Source of the DNA: a virus
IMG/VR virus record: IMGVR_UViG_3300030441_000216
Reading direction: 5' to 3' (one strand)
DNA: 64,000 bases
This document shows positions 53,378 to 62,664 of this stretch, one piece after another; within the stretch, counting starts at the first letter, position 1; every line of letters starts with the position of its first letter. The position numbers and the translations under genes are program-made. Under the pieces are notes generated by a model. It did no database searches. It saw nothing but the letters and a program-made list of their open reading frames with translations, and had not been told where the DNA came from.

Positions 53378-53602
53378 ATGGGTAAAGTTGTAGATATGAG
53401 TAATTTTGATCCGTTATTTGATAATTTGGAAAAGTATGTGAATAAACAAGGATGTACTCTCGGTAAAGACGCTGAGAGATTACAAAAGTTATTATATTCA
53501 ATTCAGTATTGTTATATACATGGAGTATTAACAGATAGTCAAAATGAATCAGCTTGTAAGAAATTTAGAAAACAATTTCAGAAAGCTTTATATGAGAAAT
53601 AA
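53378..53602 (+). CDS. hypothetical protein
   Basis: SD GATGGGGGAATAAGAAT-ATG. Confidence 0.5.
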   Translation: MGKVVDMSNFDPLFDNLEKYVNKQGCTLGKDAERLQKLLYSIQYCYIHGVLTDSQNESACKKFRKQFQKALYEK

Positions 53603-53701
53603 GAAAGAAGCATTTCCTGTTAATTTTGTCTAAGAGCATTTCTACACACGGTTTTCCAAAATAAAAAAGAGAGAATAACTAAATATAAGGAGGTATAGAA
53701 C

Positions 53702-53959
53702 TTGCATATAAGAATTGTTGGTTTTAGCGACAGATATGATGATTATAAACTTCTTGGATATACAGAAGTAGAGAATATATCAGAAGTTTTTAAGACGCTA
53801 GATTATATGAGAAAGAACGAAATTCCATTAATAATCAATACTAATGATGTCATTGATACAGACGGAGAAGAATATTACATAGATAGTATTACAATGGTAT
53901 TCCCAAAAGTGAGTGGTGAGATTGGAAGTTGTATTACTGTTTATGTGGAAGATGTTTAG
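53702..53959 (+). CDS. hypothetical protein
   Basis: TTG 53702 lies 7 nt after AAGGAGGT. Confidence 0.5.
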   Translation: MHIRIVGFSDRYDDYKLLGYTEVENISEVFKTLDYMRKNEIPLIINTNDVIDTDGEEYYIDSITMVFPKVSGEIGSCITVYVEDV

Positions 53960-53971
53960 AAGGATAAAGAT

Positions 53972-54454
53972 ATGAAAATAGAATTGATTAGATTAAAATT
54001 TAATGGCACTCATTCGTACAAGTATAATCCATTTAAGCATTGCTGTGATGAAATTCAGAAGGATAAAACTATTGTATTTACAGGTGAAGATATAAATGAT
54101 ATTGGTGGAGAATATGAAGATGATGGCATCTATATTCCACAATTTTGTACTTCCTATACACAAACAGTTGGTTCTTGGGAGGACGAATGGGAGCAGACAG
54201 ACAATTTTCCAATTAAATTCTGCCCTCATTGCGGTGAAAAGATTGAGATTTCAGTTGTAGATAAGATTGATGTATCTGATAAATATGAAGAATTAACTAA
54301 GCAGCGTGATGAATTATGGGAGAGGTGTCAGAGAACAGATAGTAAGAAGAAAGAATCTGAACTAAGAGAGCAGGTTGGAAAGCTTGATAAGCAGATTGAC
54401 AGTTTCTATTGGTTGGATGAGTGGAAAGGAGAATATTATTATGGCAGTATTTAA
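53972..54454 (+). CDS. hypothetical protein with zinc ribbon (CPHCGEK)
   Basis: SD TAGAAGGATAAAGAT-ATG. Confidence 0.55.
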   Translation: MKIELIRLKFNGTHSYKYNPFKHCCDEIQKDKTIVFTGEDINDIGGEYEDDGIYIPQFCTSYTQTVGSWEDEWEQTDNFPIKFCPHCGEKIEISVVDKIDVSDKYEELTKQRDELWERCQRTDSKKKESELREQVGKLDKQIDSFYWLDEWKGEYYYGSI

Positions 54455-54716
54455 AAATTTTAAAGATGATGAATTGATTGTAAGTTGTAAGTGTGGATGT
54501 GACGAAGGTATTCATTTTAAAATTCATGATTATGGAGATGGCGACTATGCTTTCTTATCATATACAAATGGTAACTTTTACACTCAGCAAAGACCATTCT
54601 TTGAAAAATTGAAGAAGATTTGGGCGATTATTATGAATAAGGATTTTTATTATTCTGATATTGTGCTTACAAAGGATGATTTCAAAGAATTTAAGGAATG
54701 GATTAATAGAAAGTAG
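54441..54716 (+). CDS. hypothetical protein (CKCGCDEG)
   Basis: ATG 54441 follows GAAAGGAGAATATTATT; ORF-track 54375..54716 trimmed. Confidence 0.5.
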   Translation: MAVFKNFKDDELIVSCKCGCDEGIHFKIHDYGDGDYAFLSYTNGNFYTQQRPFFEKLKKIWAIIMNKDFYYSDIVLTKDDFKEFKEWINRK

Positions 54717-54823
54717 AGTAATAAGAATTTCAGGTTTCTTTGGTAACAAAGAGAGAATATTAAAGTAAGGATAAAATCAATGATTTTTATGAACTAAGAA
54801 AAAATAAAAGAGGTGAACGATTA

Positions 54824-55450
54824 ATGTCTTTAGTATATAAAAATGACACATATAACTATAATGGTGAATATGAAATGGGTTCATTAAATAAATTTGCACA
54901 AGTAGAAAGAAGATTGTCAGCAAAGAAACAAGCATTAGATGATATGAAGAATGAATATAATCTTATTGAACAACAGGCATTTCGCACTTATAAAGAGAAT
55001 ATTCAGTATATACTGCTTGATCAACCTTCTACGATTAAAACGTGTAGAGAATGGTTAAATATGTTATCAAAGAATCAGGATGCAGATGGTAACAAGCTTG
55101 ATAAGAGAAAGAAATATAAAGAAAAGGAAACATATGATTGGTATATTGATTATATTAAAAAGCTTCTTGATATTGAGTATATGAATAACGTTAAATTCAT
55201 TGATTATAATTTTGGTCAAGCTACTAATATCCAGTTTGAATATAAAGAGCATAATTGGTATTTAGAAATTCCTCATATTAAAGCTATCAAATTAGATGCA
55301 TATAAGAATTATGGTGGCAGTGTATTTAAACTTGCGTTAGTACACAATAATACAGAATATAGTTGTAGTTGGTCGCAGTTTGGCTCTACATATGAGGAAG
55401 ATGAATTAAGAGATATTATGGCACAAGGTATTGAGAAATATTGTAATTAG
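54824..55450 (+). CDS. hypothetical protein
   Basis: SD AAAGAGGTGAACGATTA-ATG. Confidence 0.6.
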   Translation: MSLVYKNDTYNYNGEYEMGSLNKFAQVERRLSAKKQALDDMKNEYNLIEQQAFRTYKENIQYILLDQPSTIKTCREWLNMLSKNQDADGNKLDKRKKYKEKETYDWYIDYIKKLLDIEYMNNVKFIDYNFGQATNIQFEYKEHNWYLEIPHIKAIKLDAYKNYGGSVFKLALVHNNTEYSCSWSQFGSTYEEDELRDIMAQGIEKYCN

Positions 55451-55502
55451 TTGAGGTAACTTCACAGGAAAGCAACATATCCTTGGATTATAGAGGTGAT
55501 AT

Positions 55503-55793
55503 ATGAAACGAGAAAATTTAGAAAAAGCAACAAAAATTAATCAAGAAATCAAGAGACTCGAACAAGAAATAGAGTTTCTTGACGATGCAAATATGAGAAG
55601 AACACATTCAATAGTTAAGGCATTAAAACCAAAGGAGTATACATATAAGGGATATTTTTGCTCAGAGCGAAATATTGATTCTATTGGTTCATGTATATAT
55701 TTAGATCATAAAGAATGTGTAGCTCTTGCAGATTTTAAACGAAATGAAATTGAAGAATTGCAGAAGCAATATGAATTATTGGATTCTGAATAA
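55503..55793 (+). CDS. hypothetical protein
   Basis: SD ATAGAGGTGATAT-ATG. Confidence 0.5.
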   Translation: MKRENLEKATKINQEIKRLEQEIEFLDDANMRRTHSIVKALKPKEYTYKGYFCSERNIDSIGSCIYLDHKECVALADFKRNEIEELQKQYELLDSE

Positions 55794-55821
55794 AAGAGAA
55801 TAATACATTGGAGGTGAAATT

Positions 55822-56214
55822 ATGTATCAAAATTGTTGTAAGAAATGTGGAAGCATTTCACTGCATACAGAATTAAAAGGTAATAATACAGGACTTTATT
55901 GTGATGATTGCGGAGCATGGATCAAATGGCTCGGAAAAAATGAATTGAGAGCTTTCGAACATGCAAATAAATCAAGAGGTTTAAGAGCAACTGCAAAAAT
56001 ATATGGCGATGTATTTGCCAATAATTCAACAGATAATGAAAACATTAGTGATTGTTTGATTATTGGATTTGATAAACATAAGGGTGAACAAACTTGGATG
56101 TCTATTGGTAGAAAAGATGGAGACGCATTGAACATTGTAAACATGATTAAGGATGAAAGAGCAGAAGAATTATATAAGCAACTACTTTCAACTCAAAAAT
56201 CAGTTTCGCAGTAA
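55822..56214 (+). CDS. hypothetical protein with N-terminal zinc ribbon (CCKKCGS...CDDCG)
   Basis: SD TTGGAGGTGAAATT-ATG. Confidence 0.55.
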   Translation: MYQNCCKKCGSISLHTELKGNNTGLYCDDCGAWIKWLGKNELRAFEHANKSRGLRATAKIYGDVFANNSTDNENISDCLIIGFDKHKGEQTWMSIGRKDGDALNIVNMIKDERAEELYKQLLSTQKSVSQ

Positions 56215-56350
56215 ACCAATCTTTCTTTTGGAAATTTTTAATCATATCTAAGCCATTCGGCTGTGGGAATCCCAGTAAATAAGAGAATATTACAAAGAAA
56301 GGATAATTAGTAGCTGGCTTTAAAGGTTGCAACCGCTTTGGTACTAATTA

Positions 56351-57157
56351 TTGAAATTACAAAATGACAAGTATTACACACCAATAGAATTAGCAAACCA
56401 CTGTTGGGATAAGGTTTTTGAAGTTGTTGGTGAAGAAAATATATCAGAGATTATTGAGCCTAGTGTTGGGAATGGCAGTTTTCTTCATCATGCAGAGCAA
56501 CTACCACATTTTGCGTATGATATTGAACCTGAGTGCGAATCTAATTTTACTCATATCTTTAAGCAGGATTATTTAAGTGCTGATATAAAGTATCTTTGGG
56601 GAAGGCTGATAATAGGAAATCCACCATACGGAAGATGTTTGAATATGGCACAAAAATTCTTTAAAAAGTCCGTAGAAATTGCAGATACAATCGCATTTAT
56701 TCTTCCAATAAGCCAATTGAATAACACGAGGTCAATGTATGAATTTGATTTAGTTTATAGTGAAGACTTAGGTATTCAGCATTATACAGATAGAGATTTG
56801 CATTGCTGCTTTAATATTTATCGCAGACCTGATAGTGGAGAATTAAATAGTAAACCAGTCGCAAAATTAAAGGATGTCACCATCTATCGTCAGGATAGCA
56901 AGGGATATGACGAGAAAGATTTTGATGTTCGTATGTGCTATTGGGGTGATGGATCTGCTGGAAAGATATTAAAGGATGATGAACATTATTCGGCAGAATA
57001 TAAAATCAAGATAAATAATGAAGAATTAAGAGAAGATATTATTGAAGTGCTTACTACATTTGATTGGAAGAAATATCTAAATTGCATTGCAATGAGAAAA
57101 ATACAACAATTTCACATCATAAATATACTTAAAGAGAATGTGGAAGGAATCAAATAG
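56351..57157 (+). CDS. N6-adenine DNA methyltransferase (NPPY type)
   Basis: YYTPIELANH, EPSVGNGSF (motif I) and IIGNPPYG (motif IV). TTG 56351 directly follows a stop codon with no SD. Confidence 0.8.
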   Translation: MKLQNDKYYTPIELANHCWDKVFEVVGEENISEIIEPSVGNGSFLHHAEQLPHFAYDIEPECESNFTHIFKQDYLSADIKYLWGRLIIGNPPYGRCLNMAQKFFKKSVEIADTIAFILPISQLNNTRSMYEFDLVYSEDLGIQHYTDRDLHCCFNIYRRPDSGELNSKPVAKLKDVTIYRQDSKGYDEKDFDVRMCYWGDGSAGKILKDDEHYSAEYKIKINNEELREDIIEVLTTFDWKKYLNCIAMRKIQQFHIINILKENVEGIK

Positions 57158-57581
57158 TCGAAGGAAATTTTTCTTTCTTTTGGGCAGATTGGAGGTGATT
57201 AATATTTTAGAGCTACATGGTAAATTTGAAAAAATAAGTGATGCTACAAAAGTCTTAATAGTTGGTAAACAGATAGATACCATAGGGAAAATGATAAGTG
57301 TAATAGCAGAAGCTCGAACAAAAAATGAACTTGAACAAAAATATAAAGACTTAGGCATACAAGTACAAGAAGATCCGCTTGCAAAGCTTCTTGAAACAAT
57401 TAATGAAATGCATTTTGGCGATAATTTTCCTATTGAATGTCTTGAACCTCCAAAACAAGAGATATCTACTCTTAAAAAGAGAATAAAGTATTGTAAGAAT
57501 CCTATGGAGAAAAAGAAATTAGAGCAGGAATTAAATGCTTTATATAAAGAACAGAAGAGAAATAGGAGAATAATATCATGA
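57138..57581 (+). CDS. hypothetical protein, start uncertain
   Basis: ORF-track ATG 57138 overlaps the MTase end. A strong SD TTGGAGGTG at 57189-57197 has only TTG, GTG or ATT in-frame starts nearby. Confidence 0.4.
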   Translation: MWKESNSRRKFFFLLGRLEVINILELHGKFEKISDATKVLIVGKQIDTIGKMISVIAEARTKNELEQKYKDLGIQVQEDPLAKLLETINEMHFGDNFPIECLEPPKQEISTLKKRIKYCKNPMEKKKLEQELNALYKEQKRNRRIIS

Positions 57582-57772
57582 AAGGTAAATATAAAGGCTG
57601 TGACATAGAAGTAGGACTAGATAGCTTAGGTTTCTTAACCTTTGCAGTGTTCGATAATGGATACGAAGTAACAAGTGGATTTTCTGAAAGTAGTGATTCT
57701 GTAAGAGATTATTTTAGTTATATGAAAAGTGTAGTAGATGACTATAAAGAACATCCAGAAGATTACGAATAG
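57578..57772 (+). CDS. hypothetical small protein
   Basis: SD AATAGGAGAATAATATC-ATG; overlaps the upstream stop. Confidence 0.5.
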   Translation: MKGKYKGCDIEVGLDSLGFLTFAVFDNGYEVTSGFSESSDSVRDYFSYMKSVVDDYKEHPEDYE

Positions 57773-57784
57773 GAGAATAATATT

Positions 57785-58102
57785 ATGAAGTTGATTAACA
57801 AATATGCAAATACAAGATATTCAAAAATGAATGAATATTATTGTGAAATTACAACAGAGTTGGACAAGCTTGCAGGACTTGATCCTAATGGACATTGGAA
57901 ACATTATGTGCTTTGTGATTATGAGGATAGTTGTTTGCCCATCAGAATTCCAGGTGGAACACTTGGAAGTATTGAGTATGATGAGAATAAGATTATTACA
58001 AAAATTCATGTTTGCACTGATTATGTTGTGAAAACTTATCCTGATGATGTAAATGAACAGCTTCAGAAGTTCATTGGTCAGAAGATAGAAATGGGAGACT
58101 AA
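57785..58102 (+). CDS. hypothetical protein
   Basis: SD TAGGAGAATAATATT-ATG. Confidence 0.55.
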   Translation: MKLINKYANTRYSKMNEYYCEITTELDKLAGLDPNGHWKHYVLCDYEDSCLPIRIPGGTLGSIEYDENKIITKIHVCTDYVVKTYPDDVNEQLQKFIGQKIEMGD

Positions 58103-58106
58103 CATT

Positions 58107-58364
58107 ATGGCACAGTTAATTGATAAAACAGTATTACGAAAAGAATTATCTAAGTTGCCATCTGAAATGGGATTTGTAAGAAAGTCTGATGTAATGCAAA
58201 CTCTTGGCAGTCAGAAATGTGCCTACGATATAAAAGAAGAGAGAAATAAAACTCTTGATGAAGTTCTAAAGGCTTGTGACATTGAATGTGGATTTTATAG
58301 TGGTGATGTTAAAAATCTCACAAGACACGTTTTGATGAGAGTATTGAATGGATTGAGAGAATAA
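58107..58364 (+). CDS. hypothetical protein
   Basis: ATG 58107 follows ATGGGAGACTAACATT. Confidence 0.5.
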   Translation: MAQLIDKTVLRKELSKLPSEMGFVRKSDVMQTLGSQKCAYDIKEERNKTLDEVLKACDIECGFYSGDVKNLTRHVLMRVLNGLRE

Positions 58365-58409
58365 TTTAACAGGAATGATTCGTTCCTTTTGGAAATGTGA
58401 GGTGGAATA

Positions 58410-58982
58410 ATGGAGAAATTTTATATTGTAACAAATGAGAAATTCTTAAAAGAGATTAATGATTATAGAAAACATGAAGAAGAAAGAAGAATAGTAGCAA
58501 ATAATTTTTTTGAGAACAAAGGTATTGTAGGGGAAGAATATTATATTAGTGGAGATGGATTTGTAAATCGCCCATTTAAAGAGCATGAAAAGAATAATAT
58601 CAGATTATATATATCTGATTGTAATGAAAATGATCAGAAATTTGGAAAAGAGTTACTGAAGCCAACGAAACTATTCAGTGATTCTGATGTGTTAATGAGA
58701 AAGTTTAGAGCTAACAGCAAGACTTTAAAAGAGTTTCAGAATTTATGCATCGAAAAGAATATTGTCATTAACAATCATTTGATTCGTGAAGGAGATTATT
58801 TTAAGGAACTACATTTAGGTGGGTATTCAGTTTCAAGATTTAAGTATGAGAATAAATTATACTTGAAAATTTCTACAATAAAACATGAAACTATCACACC
58901 AGATGATAGTACAGGTTTTATAGAAATTAAAGGTAGTGAATTTTATAAAGCACTTGAAGAATTTGAATCGAAGAATGAATAA
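58410..58982 (+). CDS. hypothetical protein
   Basis: SD GTGAGGTGGAATA-ATG. Confidence 0.6.
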   Translation: MEKFYIVTNEKFLKEINDYRKHEEERRIVANNFFENKGIVGEEYYISGDGFVNRPFKEHEKNNIRLYISDCNENDQKFGKELLKPTKLFSDSDVLMRKFRANSKTLKEFQNLCIEKNIVINNHLIREGDYFKELHLGGYSVSRFKYENKLYLKISTIKHETITPDDSTGFIEIKGSEFYKALEEFESKNE

Positions 58983-59035
58983 ATATCGTTTCCTTTAGAA
59001 ATAAATTTTGCACAAAGAAAGGAGAGAATAACAGA

Positions 59036-60298
59036 ATGAACAGTAGCATTTTTGTTCCTAAAACGATAAATGTTGGATATCAAAATCGTTCAGGAACTTA
59101 CACAGGAAAACTTGCTTATGTCATTTACTATGATGAAAAAGGTAAGCTACGAAAAGAAGCATCGTGGAATAGTTGGCGTGACGATAAAATTCCGAATGAT
59201 GAATTTGATAATGTGCCAACAGAAGGATTTGTATTAAATAAGAAAGCTGGCGATTACTCTACAGGATGGGATCACAGACATGCTTATTGTAGAGTATATG
59301 ATCCAAGAGGATTTGAGTTTGAAATTACCATTGAAAATTTATTATATATTCTTGAAAATGCGAATTGTATCAAGGGTAAGGGACTTGAAGGAGAATTTAT
59401 ATATGGATGGGATGGTAAGGATTTAGTTCTTATGCCAGTTGAGTCACCTGACTATAAGCAAATTGCGGCTTATAATAAGATTGTACATAATAATGAATCT
59501 ATTAAGACAAAAGATTTGATTATTGGTGCAACATATCTTACAAAAGAAAATATTGAATGGATTTATATGGGACGTTTTGAAACATATGGATATGGTTATG
59601 AGTTTATACAGGATGGTAAAATTGTAAGAACAAAATCTTATAAAGATATTCCAACTGAACCAGGTCGATTTGGATATACAAAAATTTCTCATAAAGGAAT
59701 TAACAACCTTCCATATGGTAAAATGCATTGGTTTGCAAGATTAAGAGATGGGAAGTATGAATTTGAGCAATTCAAAAGTGTTCCTAAAAACAAACTTATT
59801 AGTTGTCTTGATGCTAAATGCACATCTAAATATTCTGAAATTTATGATTCAATGGAATCATCTTATCAATTCTCCCCTATAGACGATAACAAAGATAAAA
59901 TCGTAAATATCTCATTTGAAGATTTTTATGAAAAAGCAATTAATACATATGTCGATAATGATATAACAAGAAAATATGTCGATGTTCGTTTTATGGTAAA
60001 CGACAATGGAGAATATATTAGATATGAAATGACAACGCCATATAGATCAGAAGATAACGGCAAATATACTGTTTATAAATATAGTACCAAGAATATCTAT
60101 CATGGAGATAAGGAAGCAATTGATATTTTCCCGACAGAAGAAAGAGAAGTGGAAGTACATTATGGTCAAAAAGAAATTCAGACGCATATGATCCCAGTTT
60201 CTATTGAAACAGTTTTTGAAAAGTTAAAACCAGTATGTAAGCAGAAATATTTAGCAAATGGTAGAGAATATAAAAAGGAGTACGAGTTTAATGAGTAA
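59036..60298 (+). CDS. hypothetical protein (420 aa)
   Basis: SD AAAGGAGAGAATAACAGA-ATG; long uninterrupted ORF. Confidence 0.7.
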   Translation: MNSSIFVPKTINVGYQNRSGTYTGKLAYVIYYDEKGKLRKEASWNSWRDDKIPNDEFDNVPTEGFVLNKKAGDYSTGWDHRHAYCRVYDPRGFEFEITIENLLYILENANCIKGKGLEGEFIYGWDGKDLVLMPVESPDYKQIAAYNKIVHNNESIKTKDLIIGATYLTKENIEWIYMGRFETYGYGYEFIQDGKIVRTKSYKDIPTEPGRFGYTKISHKGINNLPYGKMHWFARLRDGKYEFEQFKSVPKNKLISCLDAKCTSKYSEIYDSMESSYQFSPIDDNKDKIVNISFEDFYEKAINTYVDNDITRKYVDVRFMVNDNGEYIRYEMTTPYRSEDNGKYTVYKYSTKNIYHGDKEAIDIFPTEEREVEVHYGQKEIQTHMIPVSIETVFEKLKPVCKQKYLANGREYKKEYEFNE

Positions 60299-60698
60299 AA
60301 ATGATGACAGAATTTTAGAATTAAAGAAACAGATTGAAACTAAGAAGAAATCAATTTCTGAGAAGAAGGTTAGGTTCATTCCTGAAACAAATTGCGTTCT
60401 TAATATGGATGGTATGACAATTAATCTTAATGTGTGTTCAGACGATGCATTATTATTACTTTTGATTAGATTGAATTCATATTTAATGTCTGCAAAGGAT
60501 CTTAATATGTCTGATTTTGAAATTTCAGGATACAGTGTGACAGCATGGATTAAAGATATTAAGAGTAAGTTAGAGGTATCTGATCTGAAGAAAGAAGAGT
60601 CTGATTTGAAGAAAATGGAGAGTAAGCTGGACAAATTACTTTCTGATGATAAAAAAACAGAGCTGGAAATTGATGAGATTGCTGCTTTATTGAAGTAA
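60291..60698 (+). CDS. coiled-coil hypothetical protein
   Basis: ATG 60291 follows AAAAGGAGTACGAGTTTA and overlaps the upstream stop. Confidence 0.55.
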   Translation: MSKNDDRILELKKQIETKKKSISEKKVRFIPETNCVLNMDGMTINLNVCSDDALLLLLIRLNSYLMSAKDLNMSDFEISGYSVTAWIKDIKSKLEVSDLKKEESDLKKMESKLDKLLSDDKKTELEIDEIAALLK

Positions 60699-60732
60699 AA
60701 GAGAGAATAATACAATAGGTAGTATATTTCAT

Positions 60733-60777
60733 AAAATCAAATACTATATATAGTGATTAGATAGATTAAAACTACTA
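60733..60777. promoter_or_regulatory. paired palindromic boxes TACTATATATAGTG-17 nt-TACTATATATAGTG
   Basis: Direct copies 31 bp apart, between gene 60291 and gene 60830. Confidence 0.55.
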
Positions 60778-60829
60778 TATATAGTGACAAAATAGACAAG
60801 AAATATCGGTTTCCTTGAGAGGTAAAATA

Positions 60830-61255
60830 ATGGAGATTTTAGGAAATAAATTAAAAAGATTTTTTGACATTGTAGATAATCCACCAAATGATGCTGAAAT
60901 TACATATGCTGGGAATAGATATGAGGTATGGGAAATATCTGAAAACCTATTTAATAAGATGTGTGATATGTCAGAAGATGAATTTGTTAAATTAGCAGGT
61001 GAAGAGGCATGGTGGAGACAGTGTAATGGCAGTGTACTTGGTGTTCCTGATACAAAATTCATTATTAGTGGTGAAGAAATGGTAGGTTGGAATACAAGAG
61101 GAGAATATGAAAATTTTCAGTATGCTAAATTGACTGATTATCTATGCTATGGAATTGGAGCATCGCAACCTAAAAATGTATGTGCTTGTTGTGTGGATCT
61201 TGCAAAATACAATGATATGACAATGGCAGAATTATTTGAAAAGTATGGAGAATAA
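60830..61255 (+). CDS. hypothetical protein
   Basis: ATG 60830 follows TGAGAGGTAAAATA. Confidence 0.6.
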   Translation: MEILGNKLKRFFDIVDNPPNDAEITYAGNRYEVWEISENLFNKMCDMSEDEFVKLAGEEAWWRQCNGSVLGVPDTKFIISGEEMVGWNTRGEYENFQYAKLTDYLCYGIGASQPKNVCACCVDLAKYNDMTMAELFEKYGE

Positions 61256-61329
61256 CTTATTAGGGAGGTGCATGACATATCGAAAAATATCCAAGTATCG
61301 AAGATGTATCAAATTACTTAGTTGAAGAA

Positions 61330-61512
61330 ATGAAGAAGTATGACGAGTCTTATGATGGTGAAGTAAAAGATGTTGAACTTGACAAAGAACAAGTAGATAA
61401 ACAGACGATAGAATGGATAAAACTAGCTTTATCTAATTCTGGTTATCCAAGTAAGGAATGCAAAGAAAGATTAAAAAGAATATATGAAGGAGTTAAACAC
61501 GATGGAGAATAA
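61330..61512 (+). CDS. hypothetical small protein, probably coupled to a 17-codon upstream ORF
   Basis: No SD directly upstream. The SD AGGGAGGTG serves ATG 61273 of a 17-codon leader ORF that stops at TGA 61324-61326, 3 nt before ATG 61330. Confidence 0.45.
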   Translation: MKKYDESYDGEVKDVELDKEQVDKQTIEWIKLALSNSGYPSKECKERLKRIYEGVKHDGE

Positions 61513-61759
61513 TAAGGTAAGACAGTTTATTGATTTACTTGTCAATGAAGAAGAAACAATCGAAAATGCAGCAAAGGTATCTGGAATTGGCAATATGAAA
61601 TTGGTCGATGTTTTAAAGACTATTTCAGAGATGGAGTTTGAAAGTATTAAAGCTTTTTCAAGTGCTGTTGCTGGTATGAATAGTATGAAGGAAGCTATTC
61701 AGACGGTTAAGGATTTAGATTATGCATTAACAGACTTAAAGAAATCTTCTGAAAAGTAG
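61502..61759 (+). CDS. hypothetical protein
   Basis: ORF-track ATG 61484 lies inside the SD (ATGAAGGAG). The SD-proximal ATG at 61502 is chosen. Confidence 0.5.
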   Translation: MENNKVRQFIDLLVNEEETIENAAKVSGIGNMKLVDVLKTISEMEFESIKAFSSAVAGMNSMKEAIQTVKDLDYALTDLKKSSEK

Positions 61760-61805
61760 AGAATATATTGATAGATTGGTATTTATTGGTGAAGAGTAAA
61801 TAACA

Positions 61806-61852
61806 TACCATATATAGTGAGCGTAAAGCACAACAAACACTATATATGGTAT
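61806..61852. promoter_or_regulatory. paired palindromic boxes TACCATATATAGTG-19 nt-CACTATATATGGTA
   Basis: The two boxes are exact reverse complements. They lie upstream of gene 61904. Confidence 0.55.
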
Positions 61853-61903
61853 GGAAATCAAGACCGAATGAAACTGACATTTCTTGGTTGTGGAGGTGAG
61901 ATT

Positions 61904-62164
61904 GTGAAATACAACATTAAAACAGTAAGAACATTAGTAACAGATAACAAGAAAAACTTTAGAGTTGGTGAAGATATTGCATTTACGTTATTCAATAAAG
62001 TGACAAATCATCATGATCACTACATAGGAAATATTGTAGAAATGACAGACACTTCTATTAAAATTTCTAATATTGAAATTGATAGATATCATGAAGATGG
62101 CGAAATGATTATTGACTTAGAAAATATTGAATCCAATAGCTGTAATTATGTGTATTGTGATTAA
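61904..62164 (+). CDS. hypothetical protein
   Basis: GTG 61904 follows TGGAGGTGAGATT. The alternative ATG 61868 lacks an SD. ORF-track 61817 would span the regulatory boxes. Confidence 0.5.
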   Translation: MKYNIKTVRTLVTDNKKNFRVGEDIAFTLFNKVTNHHDHYIGNIVEMTDTSIKISNIEIDRYHEDGEMIIDLENIESNSCNYVYCD

Positions 62165-62194
62165 AACAGAGAATATATAGTTGGAGGTAAGAAT

Positions 62195-62578
62195 GTGATA
62201 TATACAAGTTATTTTGCAAAACTTAAATCGTTACCAGATAATATAATTCCAATTTCAATTTGTGGAAAAGCACCTAATTGGTATACAGGCTTGCAATATA
62301 AAAAGCTTGCACCAAAATATGACTTCTTTATGAAGTGGAAAGAAAATCATGATAATGATTATTATATAAAGTGCTTTAATGAGCAGGTATTAAATAAATT
62401 AAACGCTACTGATGTTGTCTTAGATTTTTCAAGAATTTGCTATGGATATAATGTTGGAGAAAATGACATTGCTTTGATTTGCTATGAAAAGCCTACAGAT
62501 TTTTGTCATCGTCATTTAGTATCCGATTGGTTAAATAAAAACGGCTTTAAATGTGATGAATATTTATTTAGCAAGTAA
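62195..62578 (+). CDS. hypothetical protein
   Basis: GTG 62195 follows TTGGAGGTAAGAAT. Confidence 0.55.
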   Translation: MIYTSYFAKLKSLPDNIIPISICGKAPNWYTGLQYKKLAPKYDFFMKWKENHDNDYYIKCFNEQVLNKLNATDVVLDFSRICYGYNVGENDIALICYEKPTDFCHRHLVSDWLNKNGFKCDEYLFSK

Positions 62579-62664
62579 ATCTAACTTATCTATGATTCCT
62601 TCGAATCACAATTTCCAATAAAAATGAAAATCAAATAGAGAATAAACATATAAAGGAGGATTTT

